In this document: positions 60,387-64,000 of the stretch, one piece after another
How positions within the stretch are numbered: the first letter of the stretch is position 1
Layout: each line of letters opens with the position of its first letter
Origin: Acidobacteriota bacterium
GTDB taxonomy: Bacteria; Acidobacteriota; UBA6911; RPQK01; JAJDTT01
NCBI GenBank assembly: GCA_965209055.1
Contig: OZ242374.1
Coordinates: forward strand, 5,216,001-5,280,000
Length of the DNA: 64,000 nt
Reading direction: 5' to 3'
Made by a program: the position numbers and the translations under genes
The notes under the pieces: generated by a model
Told to the model about the DNA's origin: nothing
What the model saw: the letters and a program-made list of their open reading frames with translations, nothing else
The model's database searches: none

Positions 60387-61765
60387 TTTGGACTCGATCC
60401 CGTGGACAGGAGTTGCTCAAAAATCTGTCTCTGGCGCGCGGCTTCCTGCACTCTTCCCAATCGTTGGAGAACCGATGAGAGGTTGAGGTGAAACAGGGCG
60501 TTCCTGGAGTCGAGCTGGATCGCTCTCTCGTAGGCGGCCCGCGCCTCCTCGAATGCATTGGCCGAAAAATGGAGGTTTCCCAACTGGTTATGGAGCGATC
60601 CGTTGGACGGCTCCAAGCTGACAGCCTGGCTGAGAGCTTCGATGGCCTCGGCGGTTCTCTGCACGCTTTGCAGGATGTCGGCGAGAGAACGATAGTAGGC
60701 TGCGCTGTACGGTCTGGCTTCTATGGCTTTTTGCAGCGCAGCGATGGCGCCCCCGGAGTCCCCCTTCAGCGCGAGCACTTGAGCGATCCCGTAGTGACAG
60801 ATGTCCTGATTGGGATGTGGTCCCAGTGCCTCCCGGAATGCTTCCAGAGCAGGTTCCAGCCTTCTCTCCTGCAGAAGTTTCATGCCTTTCTGGTAGAGGC
60901 TCTGACTTCTGGCAATCTCTTCGTTCAGTCGGCTGGTCTGTTCTTGCAGCTCTCGATAACGTTCGAGGGCCTCACCGGACTCTCTGAAGGCGCCGGACCT
61001 CCTGTAGGCGCGGCTGAGAAGATAGTAGGCCTCCGGAGCCAACCGGTTTAGTTCGACAGCCTTCTCCAGGTGCCGGAGAGCGGTACCGATTTGGTTCCGT
61101 TTCAGGTGAAGAGCTCCCAATTGCAGGTGGAGCTTGAAGTTTCCCAATCCCAGAGCTTGAGCTCGCTCCAGGGAACGCAGGCCCTGTTCGAAAGTGGATT
61201 TCTCCTGACTGTAGTAAGTCCCAAGTTCCAGGTGTGCGTGGGCGAGTTCGGAATTAAATTCAATCGCCTTGCGAAGCCGTGCTTCGCCTTGAGTCTCGTC
61301 ATTGATGGCCAAACGATTTCTTCCGGACACGTACCACGCCTCGGCATTTTGCGGGTCCGATTCCATGATTCGTTCTGCGATCTCTTCTGATCGAGCGTGT
61401 TCCCCCTTCTCGCCCAGGACATAGGCCAGCGTGAGCTGCGCTGCCGGGCAATCCGGCGCCAGGGTGGAGCAGGCCGCGGCGTTCTCCTCCGCAGCGCCTG
61501 GTTCATTGAGCCGGAGGTAGATCCTTGCCACGTAGAGGCAATAGGGCCACTGCCGGCCCGAAGAAGCCGCCTTCAGATAGGCCGACAGGGCATTCCTGTA
61601 GTCGCCTCGGCTTTCCAGTGACTTGGCAGATTCGAAGTGAACTTGACCCGGCCCCTCCGAGACCGGCCTTGCGCAAACATACGTCAACCAAGGCATCTCG
61701 TCGGGCTGTTGCGGCTGCGAGGAAATCGTGCTGACCGCAACCAGGAGCAGGTGCAGGCTAATCAT
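60383..61765 (-). CDS. Secreted tetratricopeptide repeat protein
   Basis: Signal peptide and many TPR units; stop overlaps the CRTAC1 start. Confidence 0.9.
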   Translation of the reverse strand: MISLHLLLVAVSTISSQPQQPDEMPWLTYVCARPVSEGPGQVHFESAKSLESRGDYRNALSAYLKAASSGRQWPYCLYVARIYLRLNEPGAAEENAAACSTLAPDCPAAQLTLAYVLGEKGEHARSEEIAERIMESDPQNAEAWYVSGRNRLAINDETQGEARLRKAIEFNSELAHAHLELGTYYSQEKSTFEQGLRSLERAQALGLGNFKLHLQLGALHLKRNQIGTALRHLEKAVELNRLAPEAYYLLSRAYRRSGAFRESGEALERYRELQEQTSRLNEEIARSQSLYQKGMKLLQERRLEPALEAFREALGPHPNQDICHYGIAQVLALKGDSGGAIAALQKAIEARPYSAAYYRSLADILQSVQRTAEAIEALSQAVSLEPSNGSLHNQLGNLHFSANAFEEARAAYERAIQLDSRNALFHLNLSSVLQRLGRVQEAARQRQIFEQLLSTGSSPN

Positions 61766-61788
61766 GGTCCGGTGAGGTCTCCGCCCAG

Positions 61789-64000
61789 TCAGCCATGTGC
61801 CACGGAATATGCCGACTCGGCTGTCAAACCACCCTGGAGCTCATCGATCTTCTCGCCGATCAGCGTCAGATAATGACGCCAACTGGATTGATCCCCTCCG
61901 CTGGCGTCGGTCATCTGAAACTCGAAATTGTCGTTCATGAAGGTGACGGTTTCGGCAAGCCGATCGCGGGCCCGTTGAAGAGCCTCTTGGGCGGCGTCGG
62001 AGTTCTTGGTTGCGCAATCCCGGTAGGCAGCGTGCAGAGCTGACACGCTTTCGGCATACCGGTATCCAAGATTAAGCCGGGCGAACAGGTGCTCAAGATC
62101 TCCTTTGGCCTCCGGTCTCAAGTCCTTCGATTGCAAGGCCGTCTGAACCAGCTCCGACGCCTCCCGGGTGACGGCGGCTCGCAGGTTCCAGACCCTCGAC
62201 AGTTTGTCATGCAGCACCGCGCCGGTAATTTCCGTGGCCTCCCCCGCGGCCGCCAGGGCCATGCTCACCAACCGCCGGTCGGCTTCGGCCAGGTCCGGCC
62301 TCCAGGTGCGTGAAGCCCGCGCAGAATTATAGGCAAGGGTGTGCATGGGGTAGATTCGCCGGCTGGCCCAGTGGGGCGTGGTTTCATTCACCCTTTCCTT
62401 TTCGGTGGCAAACTCGCGCTGGACCCGGTAGAGCCGGTTGTACCGATACATGAAGGCGCCGGCCTGTTCGCCATAGATCTTCCTGCAGGCCTGGCCCAGA
62501 AAACCGTTTTCGCCGACGATCTCCTCCGGCTCATGCAGATTGAAGGTCCCGCGCATGTAGTTTTGCCGCGACTCGCTGTGCGTCGTCGCGGCAACGAAGA
62601 TGCCGTGCGCTCGGGTGTTCCAACCATAAGCCGCGTTGAGCAATTGCATCGGTTCCTGCGCGAATGAGCCGGAACTGTTTTCGATGGTGGTCGCCCCCTC
62701 GAACATCACATTGGTCAGCGGCGACGTCACGAACGGGTAGTCGTTGTAGGTGAAATCCGCGCCCTGAAAGACGAGAAAGTAGGTCCCGATCTCCAGGCCG
62801 TTTCTGTCGAACCGGGATTGGAGCGCCGGAATCCACCTTTCCCGCGTCTCTTCAAGCGGCCAGATTTCCCGAAATCCGATCTGGACCTCAGGCGTCTGGT
62901 AATTCAAAAGCTTGCCGGCGTTTGTCCACAGCGCCAATAGATTGTTCCAGTCTTCGTGCGCCTCCGGCACCGTTTTGATGCTGTACAGCTCCGACTCTCC
63001 CGTTCCATAGGTCACGTAACCGGGAGAAATCAGCCCCACGAAGCAGTCTCTCCTGGCGTCATAGCCGGTCTCCTCGTTCCGGACGCTGAAGACCGCGTCC
63101 ACAAGCGCGTTGAAGCCGTGAGCCACTGCGCCGGCCCCTCCGTCGGGCGCTTTGAAGTCGTCATTCGGCCATTTCCTGCGGCAACGATCACAGCGGCGAT
63201 TCTTCCACTCCGGCTCCGCGTCCCGGTAGTTGTCCACGTCTTCGTTGTGAATATAGAGACCGCCGGGCTCCAGGGCGCGAACATACGCCGCAAGTTCCTC
63301 CGCCTTCAATCGGTTGAGCGGTTCGTTGGCCCGGCAGGTGCCGAGACCGCGGGTGAAATCCGCAGGCAGGCGTCCGAAATATTGCTGGTCCTCGTAAGGA
63401 TGTCCGAGGCAACTATAGATCTCGCCGTCCGGATAGGATTCCCGGTTGTAGAAGATCCTTCCCTGATACGAAGGCGCCCCTCCTTCGCTGGTTCCACCGA
63501 AGAACTGGTACGTGCCCAACGCGTATCCGGCGCCGTAACCCCCGTGGAAAAGCCGAATTCCCCTTTGCCTCGCGTACTTTGCCAGTTCCCTGATCAGGGA
63601 GTTGTACCCCGGGGACCGGTCGATGGCCCAACCAAAGCCCTCGAAACGAACCGCGTTTATCTTGTGGAGGAGACAGAAATCGAGTTTTCTCTTCGCTCGC
63701 GCGAGGTACTTCTCGCGGCCGTCGCCGTAGTCGTATGCCCAACGGTTGATCTCATTGTTGAGCAGCCAATCCGAGGCGACCCGGTATTTGAAAGAGGGGA
63801 AATCCCGAATCTGGGCCGTCGCGATCCGGATCTCCTCTTCCCGCCGATCGATCAACTGGATCAGCGTCGTGGCAGCATAGAGGAGGCCCTGATCGTTGGA
63901 TCCCACCAGAAAAACTGTATTGCCTTGGGTACGGATCACATAATTCTGTTCGAGATTCCGGGGGTCATCGATGACCTGACGGTCTTCCTCGTCCAGCGGC
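61789..64000 (-). CDS. Glycoside hydrolase family 20 zincin-like domain protein, 5' end beyond the window
   Basis: QNYVI...GSNDQGLLYAATTLIQL...IRDFPSFKYR; frame stays open to the window edge. Confidence 0.75.
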   Translation of the reverse strand, partial: PLDEEDRQVIDDPRNLEQNYVIRTQGNTVFLVGSNDQGLLYAATTLIQLIDRREEEIRIATAQIRDFPSFKYRVASDWLLNNEINRWAYDYGDGREKYLARAKRKLDFCLLHKINAVRFEGFGWAIDRSPGYNSLIRELAKYARQRGIRLFHGGYGAGYALGTYQFFGGTSEGGAPSYQGRIFYNRESYPDGEIYSCLGHPYEDQQYFGRLPADFTRGLGTCRANEPLNRLKAEELAAYVRALEPGGLYIHNEDVDNYRDAEPEWKNRRCDRCRRKWPNDDFKAPDGGAGAVAHGFNALVDAVFSVRNEETGYDARRDCFVGLISPGYVTYGTGESELYSIKTVPEAHEDWNNLLALWTNAGKLLNYQTPEVQIGFREIWPLEETRERWIPALQSRFDRNGLEIGTYFLVFQGADFTYNDYPFVTSPLTNVMFEGATTIENSSGSFAQEPMQLLNAAYGWNTRAHGIFVAATTHSESRQNYMRGTFNLHEPEEIVGENGFLGQACRKIYGEQAGAFMYRYNRLYRVQREFATEKERVNETTPHWASRRIYPMHTLAYNSARASRTWRPDLAEADRRLVSMALAAAGEATEITGAVLHDKLSRVWNLRAAVTREASELVQTALQSKDLRPEAKGDLEHLFARLNLGYRYAESVSALHAAYRDCATKNSDAAQEALQRARDRLAETVTFMNDNFEFQMTDASGGDQSSWRHYLTLIGEKIDELQGGLTAESAYSVAHG

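Overview
High-GC bacterial DNA, most likely Acidobacteriota (GWxTD protein, Oar-type TonB receptor, three CRTAC1/ASPIC-UnbV proteins, two DUF1501 + PSD1 cytochrome pairs). A plant-type LRR protein hints at a host-associated, e.g. sponge, lifestyle; this is inference only. There are three parts. (1) 592-8148 is a ~7.5 kb integrative element between coxG and a rhomboid gene. It is bounded by an 11-bp direct repeat GATTGGAAATC, which is the hairpin core of the genome's own REP-like repeat; removing the element restores a complete repeat. Its cargo is a tyrosine integrase, a RepA remnant, a GIY-YIG nuclease, a nested cruciform and a secreted LRR/Calx-beta protein whose likely start lies upstream of a (GGCTCCT)7 tract and is currently out of frame (candidate phase variation). 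(2) 8.2-42.8 kb and 57.4-64 kb are backbone: xdhC, metK and a large carbohydrate uptake/catabolism region studded with REP-like elements. (3) ~43.2-57.3 kb is a decayed accessory/defence-like island: a HEPN-motif protein, a 1092-aa helicase-nuclease split by an IS3 (TSD CCT), two ISNCY pseudo-copies, an IS1182-like and a possible IS1-like remnant, and a perfect 38-bp palindrome. An IS1595 remnant lies just upstream at ~41.2-41.8 kb. No rRNA, tRNA or CRISPR array was seen. All calls come from reading motifs by eye; no database searches were run.
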